Assembly (NCBI GenBank): GCA_965215365.1
Contig: CBDCDS010000003.1
Span: 1,696,001-1,760,000 of the forward strand
Length of the DNA stretch: 64,000 nt
Source: Gammaproteobacteria bacterium
Lineage (GTDB): Bacteria; Pseudomonadota; Gammaproteobacteria; Eutrophobiales; Eutrophobiaceae
Reading direction: 5' to 3'
Both the position numbers and the translations under genes were made by a program. Numbering within the stretch: the stretch's first letter is position 1; each line of letters opens with the position of its first letter. The notes below the pieces were generated by a model that worked only from the letters and a program-made list of their open reading frames with translations, did no database searches and was not told the origin of the DNA. Positions 30,583 to 42,594 of this stretch are shown here, in pieces.

Positions 30583-32928
30583 ATGTCAAACATTAATGAA
30601 GTTCTGTCGTGGTCTCGTGCTGATGTACGCGAGTTGATGGCGCGTGCGGCGGTGCTGCGCGACCAGGGGCACGGGCGGGTTATTTCTTACTCGCCAAAGG
30701 TTTTCATCCCGCTGACGAAGCTATGCCGCGATGTGTGTCATTACTGCGCTTTCGCACAGCCGCCGCGAGCGGGGCAACGGGCTTATCTCAGCATTGAAGA
30801 GGTGCTGGACATAGCCCGGGCCGGTGCCGCGGCAGGTTGCCATGAGGCTTTGTTTACCCTGGGAGACAAGCCGGAGCTGCGTTATCAGGTTGCACGTGAT
30901 GAACTGCAGGCGCTAGGCCATGCCTCGACTCTGTCCTATCTGCGCGCGGCGGCGCAGAAGGTACTGGACGAAACCGGTTTACTGCCGCATTTGAACCCCG
31001 GTGTGATGACCCGCGCTGAACTTGAGGAGTTGCGTCCGGTAGCGGTATCCCAGGGGTTGATGCTGGAAAGTACTTCTGCGCGCCTGTGTGAACGGGGCGG
31101 GCCCCATTACGGTTCACCGGACAAGCAACCGCAGGTGCGCCTGGACGGCATTGCCGCAGCCGGGGCGGCGCGCACGCCGTTTACCTCCGGCATTCTCATC
31201 GGCATTGGCGAGACCCGGCGCGAGCGCCTGCAAGCCCTGCTGGCCTTAAAGGAACTGCATGACGCGCATGGACATATCCAGGAGATTATCATCCAGAACT
31301 TCCGGCGCAAGCCCGGCACGAAGATGCACAGCACACCGGAACCGGCGCTGCAAGAACTGCTGTGGACTATCGCCACGGCGCGCATTATCTTCGGTGCCGA
31401 CATGAATATACAGGCACCGCCCAACCTGACTGCGGCTGAGGCCTTGCCCGACCTTATCGAGGCGGGCATTAACGATTGGGGTGGGGTCTCACCCGTGACT
31501 CCGGATCATGTCAATCCGGAGGCAACCTGGCTGCACCTAGAGCGGCTGCGGGCAGTGACTGAGGCGGCCGGCAAGACCTTGACGCCAAGACTGCCGGTGT
31601 ACCCGGCCTATATCCAGGCACGGGAGACCTGGATCGAGCCGTCCCTGCATACCCGCGTGATACGGAAAACTGACGCCGCCGGCTTCGCCCGTCCGGATGA
31701 CTGGGCGCCGGGGAGCAGGGGAGTGTTGCGGGAATCGCAGGCCAATACGCCCTCGCCCCTAGCGGCAGCGAGCCGGGCTGAGGGGTGGAGCTATGCGGGC
31801 GCGGCGATGCAGGGGCTGGGTTCCATTATCGATCAGGCTGTGGTCGGAACGCGCCTTAATGAGGCCGACATCGTGGCGCTGTTCAACGCCCGCGGCGTTG
31901 ACGAAGAGGTGGTGTTGCAGGCTGCCGATGACCTGCGCCGGCGCGTGAATGGCGACTCGGTCAGCTTTGTCATCAACCGCAATATCAACTACACCAATAT
32001 CTGCTATTTCGGTTGCGGTTTCTGCGCCTTTTCCAAGGGGCGCGTGGCGGAGAACCTGCGCGCACGCGGGTATGACCTGCCATTGGAGGAGATACAGGCG
32101 CGGGTAGCCGATGCCTGGCAACGGGGGGCAACCGAAGTCTGTCTGCAAGGAGGCATCCATCCGCACTACACCGGCGCCACGTATCTTGCCATCTTGCGCG
32201 CGGTGAAGCAGGCTCAGCCGGACATGCACGTGCACGCCTTCTCGCCGCTGGAGATCAGGCAGGGTGCGCAAACCCTGGGCCTGCCGCTCAAGGATTATCT
32301 GGGCGCATTAAAGCAGGCCGGTTTGGGCACCTTGCCCGGCACCGCCGCGGAAATTCTGGATGATGAGATCCGACAGATTATTTGCCCGGACAAGCTGAAT
32401 ACGGCAGAGTGGCTGGAAGTCATGCGCGTCGCTCACTCGCTGGGCCTGCAATCGACTGCTACTATCATGTTCGGCCATGTGGAGCAGCCGCTGAACTGGG
32501 CGCGCCATCTGTTGCGCATCCGCGACTTGCAGGAGGAAACGGGGGGGTTTACCGAGTTCGTGCCACTGCCTTTCGTGCACATGGAAGCGCCCATGTACCG
32601 CAATGGCGCGACCCGCAAGGGCCCGACCTTGCGCGAAGCGTTGCTTATGCATGCCGTCGCCCGGTTGGTGCTGCATCCCCATATCACCAACATCCAGGCC
32701 TCCTGGGTGAAGCTGGGCCGGGACGGGCTCAGGGCCTGCCTGGATGCCGGAGTGAATGACTTGGGCGGCACCTTGATGAACGAAAGCATCAGCCGCGCCG
32801 CCGGGGCTGCACATGGGCAGGAGTTCACTGCGGCCGACCTGCGGGTGCTGATCGCCGCCGCCGGCAGGACGCCGCAGCAGCGCACCACCCGTTATGAGTT
32901 AGTGAGTGACAGTAACCATGTCCGGTAA
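30583..32928 (+). CDS. fbiC: Bifunctional FO synthase (CofG-CofH fusion)
   Basis: Two radical SAM motifs (CRDVCHYC and CYFGCGFC); [51 protein letters not shown]. Confidence 0.95.
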   Translation: MSNINEVLSWSRADVRELMARAAVLRDQGHGRVISYSPKVFIPLTKLCRDVCHYCAFAQPPRAGQRAYLSIEEVLDIARAGAAAGCHEALFTLGDKPELRYQVARDELQALGHASTLSYLRAAAQKVLDETGLLPHLNPGVMTRAELEELRPVAVSQGLMLESTSARLCERGGPHYGSPDKQPQVRLDGIAAAGAARTPFTSGILIGIGETRRERLQALLALKELHDAHGHIQEIIIQNFRRKPGTKMHSTPEPALQELLWTIATARIIFGADMNIQAPPNLTAAEALPDLIEAGINDWGGVSPVTPDHVNPEATWLHLERLRAVTEAAGKTLTPRLPVYPAYIQARETWIEPSLHTRVIRKTDAAGFARPDDWAPGSRGVLRESQANTPSPLAAASRAEGWSYAGAAMQGLGSIIDQAVVGTRLNEADIVALFNARGVDEEVVLQAADDLRRRVNGDSVSFVINRNINYTNICYFGCGFCAFSKGRVAENLRARGYDLPLEEIQARVADAWQRGATEVCLQGGIHPHYTGATYLAILRAVKQAQPDMHVHAFSPLEIRQGAQTLGLPLKDYLGALKQAGLGTLPGTAAEILDDEIRQIICPDKLNTAEWLEVMRVAHSLGLQSTATIMFGHVEQPLNWARHLLRIRDLQEETGGFTEFVPLPFVHMEAPMYRNGATRKGPTLREALLMHAVARLVLHPHITNIQASWVKLGRDGLRACLDAGVNDLGGTLMNESISRAAGAAHGQEFTAADLRVLIAAAGRTPQQRTTRYELVSDSNHVR

Positions 32929-33979
32929 CACCATCGGAAAATTGTTTACGGTAACTACCTGCGGCGAGAGCCATGGTTATGGTTACCTGTGTATTGTTGA
33001 TGGCTGTCCACCGGGCATGGCGTTATGCGAGGCTGATCTTCAACATGATCTTAACCGGCGCAAGCCCGGCAAGTCGCGGCATGTGACCCAGCGGCGGGAA
33101 TCGGATCGGGTGAAAATCCTGTCCGGGGTGTTCGAGGGCAGGACTACCGGCACACCCATAGGTCTGTTGATTGAAAATGAAGACCCGCGCAGTAAGGACT
33201 ACTCGGCTATCAAGGACAAGTTCCGGCCCGGACATGCGGATTACACCTATTGGAAAAAGTACGGTATCCGCGATGACCGGGGCGGCGGGCGCGCCTCGGC
33301 GCGGGAAACCTGTGTGCGCGTGGCCGCCGGCGCTATTGCTAGGAAGTATCTGCGTGAACAGTTTGGCTGTCAGGTGCGCGGTTATCTGGCGCAGCTGGGG
33401 CCGGTCAGGCTGGAGTTGCAGGACTGGAATGCAGTGGATAACAACCCGTTTTTCTGCCCGGATGCCGGCAAGGTCGCGGAACTGGAAGCCCTGATGGACG
33501 AGCTGCGCAAGTCCGGCGATTCCATCGGCGCGCGCGTGAATCTGGTCGCCACCCATGTTCCGGTGGGGCTGGGAGAACCGATCTTCGACCGTCTGGACGC
33601 TGACATAGCCAAGGCACTGATGAGCATCAACGCCGTCAAGGGGGTGGAATTAGGTGACGGTTTCGAGGTTGTCGCACAGCGCGGCACGCAGCATCGCGAC
33701 GAGCTTGCGGCAAGCGGCTTTTTGTCCAACCATGCCGGCGGTACGCTGGGTGGCATATCCAGTGGCCAGGACTTGCGCGCCAGCATCGCTCTGAAGCCGA
33801 CCTCCAGTATCCGCATCCCCGGCAGGACTGTGGATGTTCACGGTAACGAAACGGAGATTGCCACCACCGGCCGCCACGACCCCTGCGTCGGCATCCGCGC
33901 CACGCCCATTGCCGAGGCCATGCTGGCGCTGGTATTGATGGACCACGCACTGAGAGATCGAGCGCAGAACCCCGACTGA
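32918..33979 (+). CDS. aroC: Chorismate synthase
   Basis: [52 protein letters not shown]; overlaps the fbiC stop. Confidence 0.98.
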   Translation: MSGNTIGKLFTVTTCGESHGYGYLCIVDGCPPGMALCEADLQHDLNRRKPGKSRHVTQRRESDRVKILSGVFEGRTTGTPIGLLIENEDPRSKDYSAIKDKFRPGHADYTYWKKYGIRDDRGGGRASARETCVRVAAGAIARKYLREQFGCQVRGYLAQLGPVRLELQDWNAVDNNPFFCPDAGKVAELEALMDELRKSGDSIGARVNLVATHVPVGLGEPIFDRLDADIAKALMSINAVKGVELGDGFEVVAQRGTQHRDELAASGFLSNHAGGTLGGISSGQDLRASIALKPTSSIRIPGRTVDVHGNETEIATTGRHDPCVGIRATPIAEAMLALVLMDHALRDRAQNPD

Positions 33980-33988
33980 GCTGCTTCC

Positions 33989-34079
33989 GGGGGGGGGGGG
34001 GGATTTCAGATCTGTCCCCGCGTTCGCCCCCGCGTCCGCATGATGGCTGTCAGGGGGCGGATTTCAAATCCGTCTCCAG
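33989..34079. repeat. G14 tract and two degenerate GGCGGATTTCAAATCCG REP-like palindromes
   Basis: G14 at 33989-34002 followed by atttcagatctgtcccc; second copy gggggcggatttcaaatccgtctcc at 34053-34077 encodes the MFS C-terminus. Confidence 0.55.
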
Positions 34080-35807
34080 CGTCTCCGCATCCGTCCCCGC
34101 TCCGGTTTCCGTTTTTCCAAAGGTAATAACGACATGATCCGTCTTTGAGTTTTTTACTCCATAGACGTTGATGATATAGGGCAGCATCACCCAGCTGTCG
34201 CTGTCGCCCCGTAACGATGCCAGCCATTCGGCGTTGTTTCTATCGGAATCGGACCAGGGACACACGACCTCGCCGGCCTCAAGCAGCTCAATAATGGTTT
34301 GCCGCGTCGCCGGGTTGCGGGCGCCGGGTATGGCCCGGAAGAATCCGAAAAATATCTTGTTGTACAAGCTCCCGAACAGGTGCCTGCTCACCACGAAACG
34401 GATCTGACGCGGCGCTGCCATCTGGACAAAAAGCCAGAAGTTTTTGCGAATGTTTTTCCCCAGCATCAAGACGCCGCCGGTATCGGGGAAGTGCTTGAAA
34501 CCCTCCACATGCAGCCAATAGGTTTCGCCGATAGTCAGGGTCAGAATAATCCGCAGCAGGGACTGTGGCAGTTTGTACACCGTGTATATCGCCCCGCCTA
34601 AGGCAACCACCATCAACAGCGGAAACAGCAGGTCGCTGAGACCCCTCATGGAAAACAGGACGGTCAGCCCTAAGAAGCCCAGCATCACCACGTTCTGGAT
34701 GAGGCTGTTGCCGGCCAGCACTCGACCTAGCATGCGTTCGCCGGCGTGAAACTGGATCAAGGCGTTAAGCGGAATGATGAACAATCCGCTGAACATGCCC
34801 AGCAGCATAAGGTTGATGACGTGGGCCTGCATAGTGTCAAGCCACGGCAGGATGAACAGGCACACAGCCACACCTAGCGCGCCAATCGGGATCAGGCCGG
34901 TCTCGATATAGTTTCTCGAGACGATGCCGGCGATCAGCGAGCCGAACATAACCCCGGTGCCGACGTTGGCCAGCGTCCCCTGGATGACCCGGACGTCGGT
35001 GACGCCCAGATTGTCCTTGACAAAGGCCGGGAACGCCGCCAGCAGCACCTGACCAATAGACCACATGAGCGCCAGGCCGATGATCGACAGCAGAATCACT
35101 TCCTGGGAGCGGACCGTGTCCAGGTTCTCGGCCAGGTAACGGCCGGTGCGATACTTGACCCAGTCGAAGCGCAGGTTCCGGTCCGGTTTATGCCGGGTGG
35201 GCAGGCGGTAGGCCAGCTTCAGCTCCACCAGCGCGCCGGCTATCAGGAACCAGCCGATGCCTTTGATGGCGACCAGCACGTCTTCTTTGGTGGAAAAAAC
35301 CACATCGGTCAGGAATATCTCGAACAGGATTGAAAATACCAAAGCACCGGTGAGAATGGCGATGGTTGTGGTCGCTTGCACTACGCTGTTGGCGCGCGTC
35401 AGCCGTTCCTTGCCAGCAATTTCCCGTATATAACCGTATTTTGCGGGTCCGTAAAACGCGCTCTGGACTGCCAGCAGGAATGTCATGACAAACGCCGCCC
35501 AGAACCATCCCAGGTGATAGAACAAAGTGATCAGGCAGGTCAGGCCGACTGCGCCCCAGGCGGTGGTGCGCATCACCAGGTTTTTTGGAAACTTGTCGGC
35601 CAGGAAACCGGCGGGAGTAAACAACAGCACAAACGGCAGCAGGATCAGGGCGTTGACGATTGCCGTCAATATGATCAACGCATCGCCCTCATAGGTCTTG
35701 AAAATGGTATTCTGTATGGTGATTTTGTGCCCTAAGTCGACGAAGGCGTTCAGGAACAGCACGGCTATGTAGGGCAGAAAACCCCTGATTTTGAATAAAT
35801 CACTCAC
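34050..35807 (-). CDS. LplT-type MFS transporter with a degenerate acyltransferase domain (truncated Aas-like fusion)
   Basis: FLNAFVDLGHK, QSAFYGPAKYG, about 12 TM segments. The PlsC-like segment has LGKNIRKNFW in place of NHxSxxD, and there is no AMP-ligase domain. The GTG start overlaps the tldD stop. Confidence 0.8.
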   Translation of the reverse strand: MSDLFKIRGFLPYIAVLFLNAFVDLGHKITIQNTIFKTYEGDALIILTAIVNALILLPFVLLFTPAGFLADKFPKNLVMRTTAWGAVGLTCLITLFYHLGWFWAAFVMTFLLAVQSAFYGPAKYGYIREIAGKERLTRANSVVQATTTIAILTGALVFSILFEIFLTDVVFSTKEDVLVAIKGIGWFLIAGALVELKLAYRLPTRHKPDRNLRFDWVKYRTGRYLAENLDTVRSQEVILLSIIGLALMWSIGQVLLAAFPAFVKDNLGVTDVRVIQGTLANVGTGVMFGSLIAGIVSRNYIETGLIPIGALGVAVCLFILPWLDTMQAHVINLMLLGMFSGLFIIPLNALIQFHAGERMLGRVLAGNSLIQNVVMLGFLGLTVLFSMRGLSDLLFPLLMVVALGGAIYTVYKLPQSLLRIILTLTIGETYWLHVEGFKHFPDTGGVLMLGKNIRKNFWLFVQMAAPRQIRFVVSRHLFGSLYNKIFFGFFRAIPGARNPATRQTIIELLEAGEVVCPWSDSDRNNAEWLASLRGDSDSWVMLPYIINVYGVKNSKTDHVVITFGKTETGAGTDAETLETDLKSAP

Positions 35808-37249
35808 TACGCCGATGTTCCACCCACGGTCAGTTCGTCGATCCTGATGGTCGGCTGACCTACGCCGACGGGGACCGACTGGCCGTCCTTTCCGCACACG
35901 CCGATGCCGCTGTCAAGCTGCATGTCGTTGCCGGTCATGGATACCCGGGTGAGCACATCCGGGCCATTGCCGATCAGGGTGGCGCCCTTGATGGGCGCGG
36001 TCAAGCGGCCGTTTTCGATGAGCCGGGCCTGACTGGCGCTGAATACGAACTTACCATTGGTGATGTCCACCTGGCCACCGCCGAACTGGGAAGCATACAC
36101 CCCTTTTTGCACCGAGCCGATAATTTCCTCGGGATCATGCTCGCCGGCCAGCATGCAGGTATTGGTCATGCGCGGCATGGGCAGGTGCGCGTACGATTCC
36201 CGGCGTCCGTTACCGGTGGGCTGCATCCCCATCAGCCGGGCATTGAGCTTGTCCTGCATATAGTTCTTCAGGATGCCGCGCTCGATCAAGGTGGTGGATT
36301 CCGTGGGGGTGCCTTCATCATCTACGGTCAACGACCCGCGCCGGTTTGCAATGGTGCCGTCATCCACCACGGTAACGCTCGCGGCCGCAACCCGCTCGCC
36401 GATACGATTGCTGAACGCCGAGGTACCCTTGCGGTTGAAGTCGCCTTCCAAGCCATGACCGATTGCCTCATGCAGCAGGATTCCCGGCCAGCCCGGCCCC
36501 AGCACCACGGTCATGGCGCCGGCCGGCGCCGGCACTGCATCCAGATTGTCCAGCGCCTCGGTGACCGCATCATCAATGTAGCCGGACACGATGTCAGCGT
36601 CCAGGAAGTAGTCGTACCCGCAGCGGCCGCCGCCGCCGCCGCCGCCTTTCTCCAGCCGGCCGTTATGCTCGACGATAACATTCACGTTGAGCCTGACCAA
36701 GGGACGCACATCGCCACAATAAGCGCCGTCGCTGGCGGCCACCAGCACCGCGGAATAGGCGGCACTGAGTCCGGCGATCACCTGTTTTACCCTGGCGTCC
36801 TTGTTGCGAGTCTCGGCGTCGATACGTTGCAACAAGGCGATCTTCTCCGCCGGCGGGATCGATTCCAGCGGATTGGCGCCACTGTACAACGGCGCCGGCG
36901 CGCGCTTCTGCCAGGCCTGCAAGCTGTGTGCGCCGCCGCTGCGAGCAATGGCGCGGGCGGCCGTAGCGGCCGCAGTCAAGGCTGGCAGGACTATCTCATC
37001 CGAGTAGGCAAAACCGCTCTTGTCGCCGCTGACGGCGCGTACTCCCACCCCCTGGTCGATGCTGTGTGAACCTTCCCGGATAATGCCTTCCTCCAGCACC
37101 CAGGTTTCGGCCTGAGAGTATTCAAAGTACAGGTCGGCATAGTCAATATCATTGACGATCATACGGTCCAGGGTCTGTTCAAGATCCCGGCGCCCGAGCC
37201 CGGTCGGCGCCAGCAGTTGCCGGCTGGCAATGTCCAGTTGTTGCGTCAT
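35807..37249 (-). CDS. tldD: Metalloprotease TldD
   Basis: [47 protein letters not shown]. Confidence 0.97.
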   Translation of the reverse strand: MTQQLDIASRQLLAPTGLGRRDLEQTLDRMIVNDIDYADLYFEYSQAETWVLEEGIIREGSHSIDQGVGVRAVSGDKSGFAYSDEIVLPALTAAATAARAIARSGGAHSLQAWQKRAPAPLYSGANPLESIPPAEKIALLQRIDAETRNKDARVKQVIAGLSAAYSAVLVAASDGAYCGDVRPLVRLNVNVIVEHNGRLEKGGGGGGGRCGYDYFLDADIVSGYIDDAVTEALDNLDAVPAPAGAMTVVLGPGWPGILLHEAIGHGLEGDFNRKGTSAFSNRIGERVAAASVTVVDDGTIANRRGSLTVDDEGTPTESTTLIERGILKNYMQDKLNARLMGMQPTGNGRRESYAHLPMPRMTNTCMLAGEHDPEEIIGSVQKGVYASQFGGGQVDITNGKFVFSASQARLIENGRLTAPIKGATLIGNGPDVLTRVSMTGNDMQLDSGIGVCGKDGQSVPVGVGQPTIRIDELTVGGTSA

Positions 37250-38085
37250 GGTAGTGTTCTCTCTACAGTCTGGCCGAGTACCCGATGTGTCAACGCCGGG
37301 AAAGAACGTCTCAATGTGTGCATCCCGGCCAGATCAAGGTCGGCGCAGGCAACCCCCGGGCCGTCTTCCAGGCGGCACAGGATGTCGCCCCAGGGAGCGA
37401 CGATCATGCTGTGTCCCCAGGTGCGTCGGGTTTGTGTATTCTGTCCGCCCTGGTTGGCGGCGACGACGTAACACAGGTTTTCCACCGCCCGGGCGCGCAA
37501 CAACAGCTCCCAGTGGCGCTTGCCGGTGGCGTAGGTGAACGCCGCCGGCACGGTGAACATTTCCGCCTGCCGGTTCGACAGCTCCCGGTACAGTTCCGGG
37601 AAGCGCAGGTCGTAGCAGACCGTCATCCCGACCCGGCCCAGCGGAGTGTCCGCCACGACGGTGTTCTGCCCCGGCGCGATAGTATTGGATTCGTTGTAAA
37701 CCTCTTGCTCCTCAGCCTCCACCTGCACGTCAAACAGGTGCATCTTGTCGTAGCGGTGGGTGCGCAGACCGTCCGGGTTGTACAACAGGCAGGCGTTATA
37801 CACCCGCCCCGGCTCGGTGCTTTGCAGCGAACAGCTACCCGCCATCAGCCACAGCCGGTGGCTGCTGGCCTGCTCGGCCAGAAAGTCCTGCACCGGGCCG
37901 GCTCCCGGCGCCTCCCCGATACGCACCTTGGCCGTCTCGTCATCACTCATCATGGCAAAAAATTCCGGCAACAGGGCAAACCCGGCGCCGCACCGCGCCG
38001 CTTCCCCGATCAGCTCGCCCGCCCGGGCAAGATTAGCGTCAAGGTCAGCGGAGGAAACCATCTGGATTACGGCAAATCTGGACAT
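37246..38085 (-). CDS. Carbon-nitrogen hydrolase (Nit1-like deaminated glutathione amidase)
   Basis: [46 protein letters not shown]. Confidence 0.92.
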   Translation of the reverse strand: MSRFAVIQMVSSADLDANLARAGELIGEAARCGAGFALLPEFFAMMSDDETAKVRIGEAPGAGPVQDFLAEQASSHRLWLMAGSCSLQSTEPGRVYNACLLYNPDGLRTHRYDKMHLFDVQVEAEEQEVYNESNTIAPGQNTVVADTPLGRVGMTVCYDLRFPELYRELSNRQAEMFTVPAAFTYATGKRHWELLLRARAVENLCYVVAANQGGQNTQTRRTWGHSMIVAPWGDILCRLEDGPGVACADLDLAGMHTLRRSFPALTHRVLGQTVERTLP

Positions 38086-38131
38086 GCCCGGAGTATACGT
38101 GAAACCTGAATTGATTTACAGAAACCCCTGA

Positions 38132-38219
38132 CCCGCAGACCGCACCAAGTCGCTTGTTACCTTATGAAACATGATTGCTCTCAATAAGTTATGGTCACCT
38201 CTATTAATTAGAGGTGGCC
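38132..38219. repeat. IS-like end repeat (38132-38192) fused to MITE hairpin A (38193-38219)
   Basis: cccgcagaccgcaccaagtcgcttgttaccttatgaaacatgattgctctcaataagttat matches the reverse complement of 60329-60389. Confidence 0.8.
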
Positions 38220-38249
38220 TTTAGATGGGGCTATTATATAATGCCCGCC

Positions 38250-39563
38250 ATGAAACCGATAAAAACAGGCTTGCTTGGCCTTGGCACCGTGGGTGGCGGG
38301 GTGGTCGGCGTGCTCACCGGCAATGCCGATGAGATCGCTCGTCGTGCCGGACGGGAGCTGGTCATCAGCCATGCTGCGGCGAAAGAATACGACGCTGAGG
38401 CGATCCGGGGGTTGCAGCAGGTGGGGCGGCTGAGCGATGATGGTTTTGCCGTGGTGGATGACCCGGATGTCGACATTATCATCGAGCTCATCGGTGGCTA
38501 CTCACCGGCGAAGGAAATGGTGTTGCAGGCCATCGCCAACGGCAAGCATGTCGTCACTGCCAACAAGGCCCTGATCGCAGTGCATGGCAACGAGATCTTC
38601 CGCGCCGCACAGGAACGGGGCGTCATCGTGGCGTTTGAGGCCGCGGTCGCCGGTGGCATTCCCATCATCAAGGCCTTGCGCGAGGGGCTGGCGGCAAACC
38701 GCATCGAGTGGGCCGCCGGCATCATTAACGGCACTGGCAACTTCATTCTCAGCGAGATGCGCGACCAGGGCCGGGACTTTGCCGAGGTGTTGCAGGAAGC
38801 CCAGCAACTGGGTTACGCGGAAGCCGACCCGACCTTCGATGTGGAAGGCATCGACGCCGCGCATAAACTCACTATCATAGGTTCACTGGCCTTCGGCATT
38901 CCCTTGCAGTTTGACCAGACCTACACCGAGGGCATCAGCAGGATAGGGCCGCAGGATGTGGCTTATGCCGACGAACTGGGCTATCGCATTAAACATCTGG
39001 GTATCACCCGGCGTAGCGAGGGCGGCATTGAATTGCGCGTGCATCCCACCCTGATCCCGGCCCAGCGGCTCATCGCCAACGTGGACGGGGTCATGAACGC
39101 AGTGCTGGTGCAGGGTGACGCGGTGGGGCCGACCTTGTACTACGGCGCCGGCGCCGGTTCCCGGCCCACTGCGTCTTCAGTGGTCGCCGATGTGATAGAT
39201 GTGGCGCGCGCGCTGACTACCGACCCGGGCAACCGTGTGCCGCAGCTGGCATTTCAGCCCGATGCCATGTCCGAACTCCCCGTGTTGGACATGGAAGATG
39301 TCCACACCGCTTATTACCTGCGGATGCAGGCCGTGGACCAGCCCGGCGTGCTGTCTGCGGTCGCCACTATCCTGGGCAACCTGGGCATCAGCATTGAAGC
39401 CATCATCCAGAAGGAACCGGCGCCGGGCGCCGACCATGTCTCCATCATCATACTCACCCAGCGCGTGCAGGAGCGTAACATGAACACTGCCATCAGACAT
39501 ATTGAGGCATTGGACACCATAGCCGGAAACGTGCACCGGATCCGGGTCGAAAGCCTTGGGTGA
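38250..39563 (+). CDS. hom: Homoserine dehydrogenase
   Basis: GLGTVGGG, KHVVTANK, FEAAVAGGIP, GIINGTGN, GYAEADP..DVEG.DAAHK, C-terminal ACT domain. Confidence 0.97.
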   Translation: MKPIKTGLLGLGTVGGGVVGVLTGNADEIARRAGRELVISHAAAKEYDAEAIRGLQQVGRLSDDGFAVVDDPDVDIIIELIGGYSPAKEMVLQAIANGKHVVTANKALIAVHGNEIFRAAQERGVIVAFEAAVAGGIPIIKALREGLAANRIEWAAGIINGTGNFILSEMRDQGRDFAEVLQEAQQLGYAEADPTFDVEGIDAAHKLTIIGSLAFGIPLQFDQTYTEGISRIGPQDVAYADELGYRIKHLGITRRSEGGIELRVHPTLIPAQRLIANVDGVMNAVLVQGDAVGPTLYYGAGAGSRPTASSVVADVIDVARALTTDPGNRVPQLAFQPDAMSELPVLDMEDVHTAYYLRMQAVDQPGVLSAVATILGNLGISIEAIIQKEPAPGADHVSIIILTQRVQERNMNTAIRHIEALDTIAGNVHRIRVESLG

Positions 39564-39667
39564 CCCGGGCCTCGGGCAATTTCCCGGTTCGTTCTGGTGG
39601 ACATGGCTTGTCCACGATCCGGTGACAGTGAGGTTATGCAGTCGGAATGACAAGCCAGGAATTGAAA

Positions 39668-40783
39668 ATGACGCAATATTCAGGACTGATTGAACGCTAC
39701 CGTGCGCGTCTCCCCGTCGCCGACGGCGCCCGCATCATCACCCTGGGTGAGGGCAGTACTCCGTTAATTCAACTGCAAAACCTGCCTGTCGCCAACGCCC
39801 GCGACATCAGCTTGTACGTGAAGTATGAAGGGCTGAACCCGACCGGCTCGTTCAAGGATCGCGGCATGACCATGGCCATTACCCAGGCCGTCAGTGAGGG
39901 CTCGCAGGCGGTGCTGTGCGCCTCCACCGGCAATACCTCCGCCGCTGCTGCGGCCTACGCCGCGCGCGCCGGCATCGCTTGTTATGTGCTGATCCCGGAC
40001 GGCAAGATTGCCATGGGCAAGCTGGCCCAGGCCATGATCCATGGCGCCGTGGTGTTGCAGATACAAGGCAATTTTGACGACGGCATGAGACTGGTCAAGC
40101 AGCTTGCAGCCACCGAGCCCATTACCCTGGTCAATTCCGTCAACCCCTACCGCTTGCAGGGACAGAAAACCGCAGCCTTCGAGATCATTGACGAGCTGGG
40201 CGCGCCGCCCGACTTCCATTGCCTGCCGGTAGGCAATGCCGGCAATATCTCCGCGTACTGGAGCGGCTACAGCGAGTATGCCGGCCAGACTACCGGCGCC
40301 TGCAACTTCTGTGACGGGCAGTGTGCCTACCTCACCGAACCGGTCACGGATAAACGACCGCGTATGTTGGGCTATCAGGCTGCCGGCGCCGCGCCGTTTT
40401 TACGCGGCGCGCCGGTGGCGCAACCGGAAACCGTTGCCAGCGCCATCCGTATCGGCCGCCCGCAGTCCTGGGAGTTGGCCTGGGCTGCCAGCCGGGAGTC
40501 CGGTGGCTGGTTCGACGAGTTCCACGATACGGACATCCTGGCGACACAAGCGCTGCTGGCAAACACAGAAGGTATCTTCTGTGAGCCGGCATCTGCCGTT
40601 TGTGTCGCCGGCGCCTTGCGCGATATCGCAGCGGGCAAAATCCCCGCACATAGCAGCGTCGTCTGCACCCTCACCGGCCACGGCCTCAAAGACCCGGACA
40701 TCGCCATGCGCCAAAGCACAACCCCGGTCACAAAGGTCGCCGCGAACCTGGATGACGTAAGGCAAATCATACTCAGAAATTGA
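39668..40783 (+). CDS. thrC: Threonine synthase
   Basis: [42 protein letters not shown]. Confidence 0.97.
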   Translation: MTQYSGLIERYRARLPVADGARIITLGEGSTPLIQLQNLPVANARDISLYVKYEGLNPTGSFKDRGMTMAITQAVSEGSQAVLCASTGNTSAAAAAYAARAGIACYVLIPDGKIAMGKLAQAMIHGAVVLQIQGNFDDGMRLVKQLAATEPITLVNSVNPYRLQGQKTAAFEIIDELGAPPDFHCLPVGNAGNISAYWSGYSEYAGQTTGACNFCDGQCAYLTEPVTDKRPRMLGYQAAGAAPFLRGAPVAQPETVASAIRIGRPQSWELAWAASRESGGWFDEFHDTDILATQALLANTEGIFCEPASAVCVAGALRDIAAGKIPAHSSVVCTLTGHGLKDPDIAMRQSTTPVTKVAANLDDVRQIILRN

Positions 40784-42513
40784 AAATCACCCGTCGCGAT
40801 ATTTCTGAAAAATGCAGCCTGCCGGACTCCCTGCATCCGGTGTTGCGGCGTGTGTTTGCGGCCCGGCATATTGATTCTGCGCGCGAGCTGGATTACTCGC
40901 TGCATAACCTGCTGCCGTTTGCTTCACTGAAACATATCGCCGCCGCCGCGGCGTTGCTGATTGATGCCATCCGCGCCGACCAGCGCATACTGGTGGTGGC
41001 CGACTATGACGCGGATGGCGCCACCGCCTGTGCCGTGGCCTTGCGCGGACTGTCCATGCTAGGTGCCCGGCAGGTTCTCTACCTGGTGCCGGACCGGGCG
41101 AAACAGGGTTATGGCCTGAGCGCCGATGTGGTGCGGCAGGCGCTGGAGCAGGAACCCGACCTGCTGGTGACGGTGGATAATGGTATTTCCAGCCTGGCCG
41201 GCGTCGAGTTTGCCCGTGACGCCGGGGTTGATGTGTTAGTTACTGATCATCATTTACCGGGGAAGGAGTTGCCGTCTGCCAACGTCATCATCAACCCGAA
41301 CCAGCCCGGTGATCACTTCCCCAGCAAGTGTATCGCCGGGGTGGGTGTCATGTTCTACGTGTTGCTGGCAGTGCGGGCCGGCTTGCGTGATGTGCGCTGG
41401 TTTGAGCGGCAGGGCCTGCCGACGCCGAATCTGGCAACGTTGCTCGACCTGGTGGCGCTGGGCACCGTCGCCGATGTGGTGCAACTGGATTTCAATAACC
41501 GCATCCTGGTCGAGCAGGGCTTAAAACGCATGCGCGCCCGGCGTTGTTGCCAGGGAGTCATGGCCCTGGCCCGGGAGGCCGGCAGCGAACCGGAGCAAAC
41601 CAGCGCCGCGCAGCTCGGCTTCATGCTGGGGCCGAGGCTGAATGCGGCCGGTCGTCTGGCGGACATGCGCCTGGGTATTGAATGTCTGCTCACGGATGAC
41701 TTTGCCCAGGCGGTTTCCCTGGCTAAGCAGTTGGACCGGATCAACCGTGACCGCAGACAGGTGCAGGCGGATATGCAGGAACAAGCCGATGACCATTTGC
41801 GCGGTATTGCCGACCTGGAGCAGGGTGAGTTCCCGTTCGGTGTCTGCCTGTACGAGCCCGGTTGGCATCAGGGTGTTGTCGGCATCCTGGCCGGCAGGAT
41901 CAAGGAGATGCTGAACCGCCCGGTGATTATCTTCGCCGGCGCCGATGACGGCCAACTCAAAGGCTCCGGACGTTCCATCTCCGGCATCCACCTCAGAGAC
42001 GTACTGGAAACACTGGCCACGCAACACCCGACCTTGCTGCACCGCTACGGCGGCCACGCCATGGCCGCGGGCCTCACTATCAGGGAGGCTGAATATGAGC
42101 AGTTCAAGGAATTGTTTGACGCCGAGGTGAAACGCCTGCTGGACGGACAACTGCCGGGTGCTGAGGTTGCCACTGACGGTGCGCTGGAACCCGCCCACTT
42201 TAATCTGGAACTGGCCGCGGCCATCGAACAGGCCGGCCCTTGGGGGCAGGGCTTCCCGGAACCGCTGTTCGACGGTGTCTTCTCGGTCTCCGGCAGCCGC
42301 GTGGTGGGGGACGGCAAGCACCTGCAACTGACCCTGCTGCCAGAGGGCGGGCAAGACGCGATCAATGCCATCTCGTTCAACACGGATGAAAGCGCCATCG
42401 CCGCGGCACAACGGGTACAACTGGTCTATCAGTTGAGTGTCAACCGCTACCAAGGCAAGGAAAACCTGCAACTGATCATCCGCCATTTGGACGTTGCTGA
42501 ACCCTCGCCCTGA
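40780..42513 (+). CDS. recJ: ssDNA exonuclease RecJ
   Basis: [49 protein letters not shown]. Confidence 0.97.
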   Translation: MKITRRDISEKCSLPDSLHPVLRRVFAARHIDSARELDYSLHNLLPFASLKHIAAAAALLIDAIRADQRILVVADYDADGATACAVALRGLSMLGARQVLYLVPDRAKQGYGLSADVVRQALEQEPDLLVTVDNGISSLAGVEFARDAGVDVLVTDHHLPGKELPSANVIINPNQPGDHFPSKCIAGVGVMFYVLLAVRAGLRDVRWFERQGLPTPNLATLLDLVALGTVADVVQLDFNNRILVEQGLKRMRARRCCQGVMALAREAGSEPEQTSAAQLGFMLGPRLNAAGRLADMRLGIECLLTDDFAQAVSLAKQLDRINRDRRQVQADMQEQADDHLRGIADLEQGEFPFGVCLYEPGWHQGVVGILAGRIKEMLNRPVIIFAGADDGQLKGSGRSISGIHLRDVLETLATQHPTLLHRYGGHAMAAGLTIREAEYEQFKELFDAEVKRLLDGQLPGAEVATDGALEPAHFNLELAAAIEQAGPWGQGFPEPLFDGVFSVSGSRVVGDGKHLQLTLLPEGGQDAINAISFNTDESAIAAAQRVQLVYQLSVNRYQGKENLQLIIRHLDVAEPSP

Positions 42514-42594
42514 CATGGCAGCCAGCGGACCTTAGCGTTTTAAGAGGTTTTGGTATTCTGTTATAATCTCTCGCCACACAAAATCGGAACCGAC

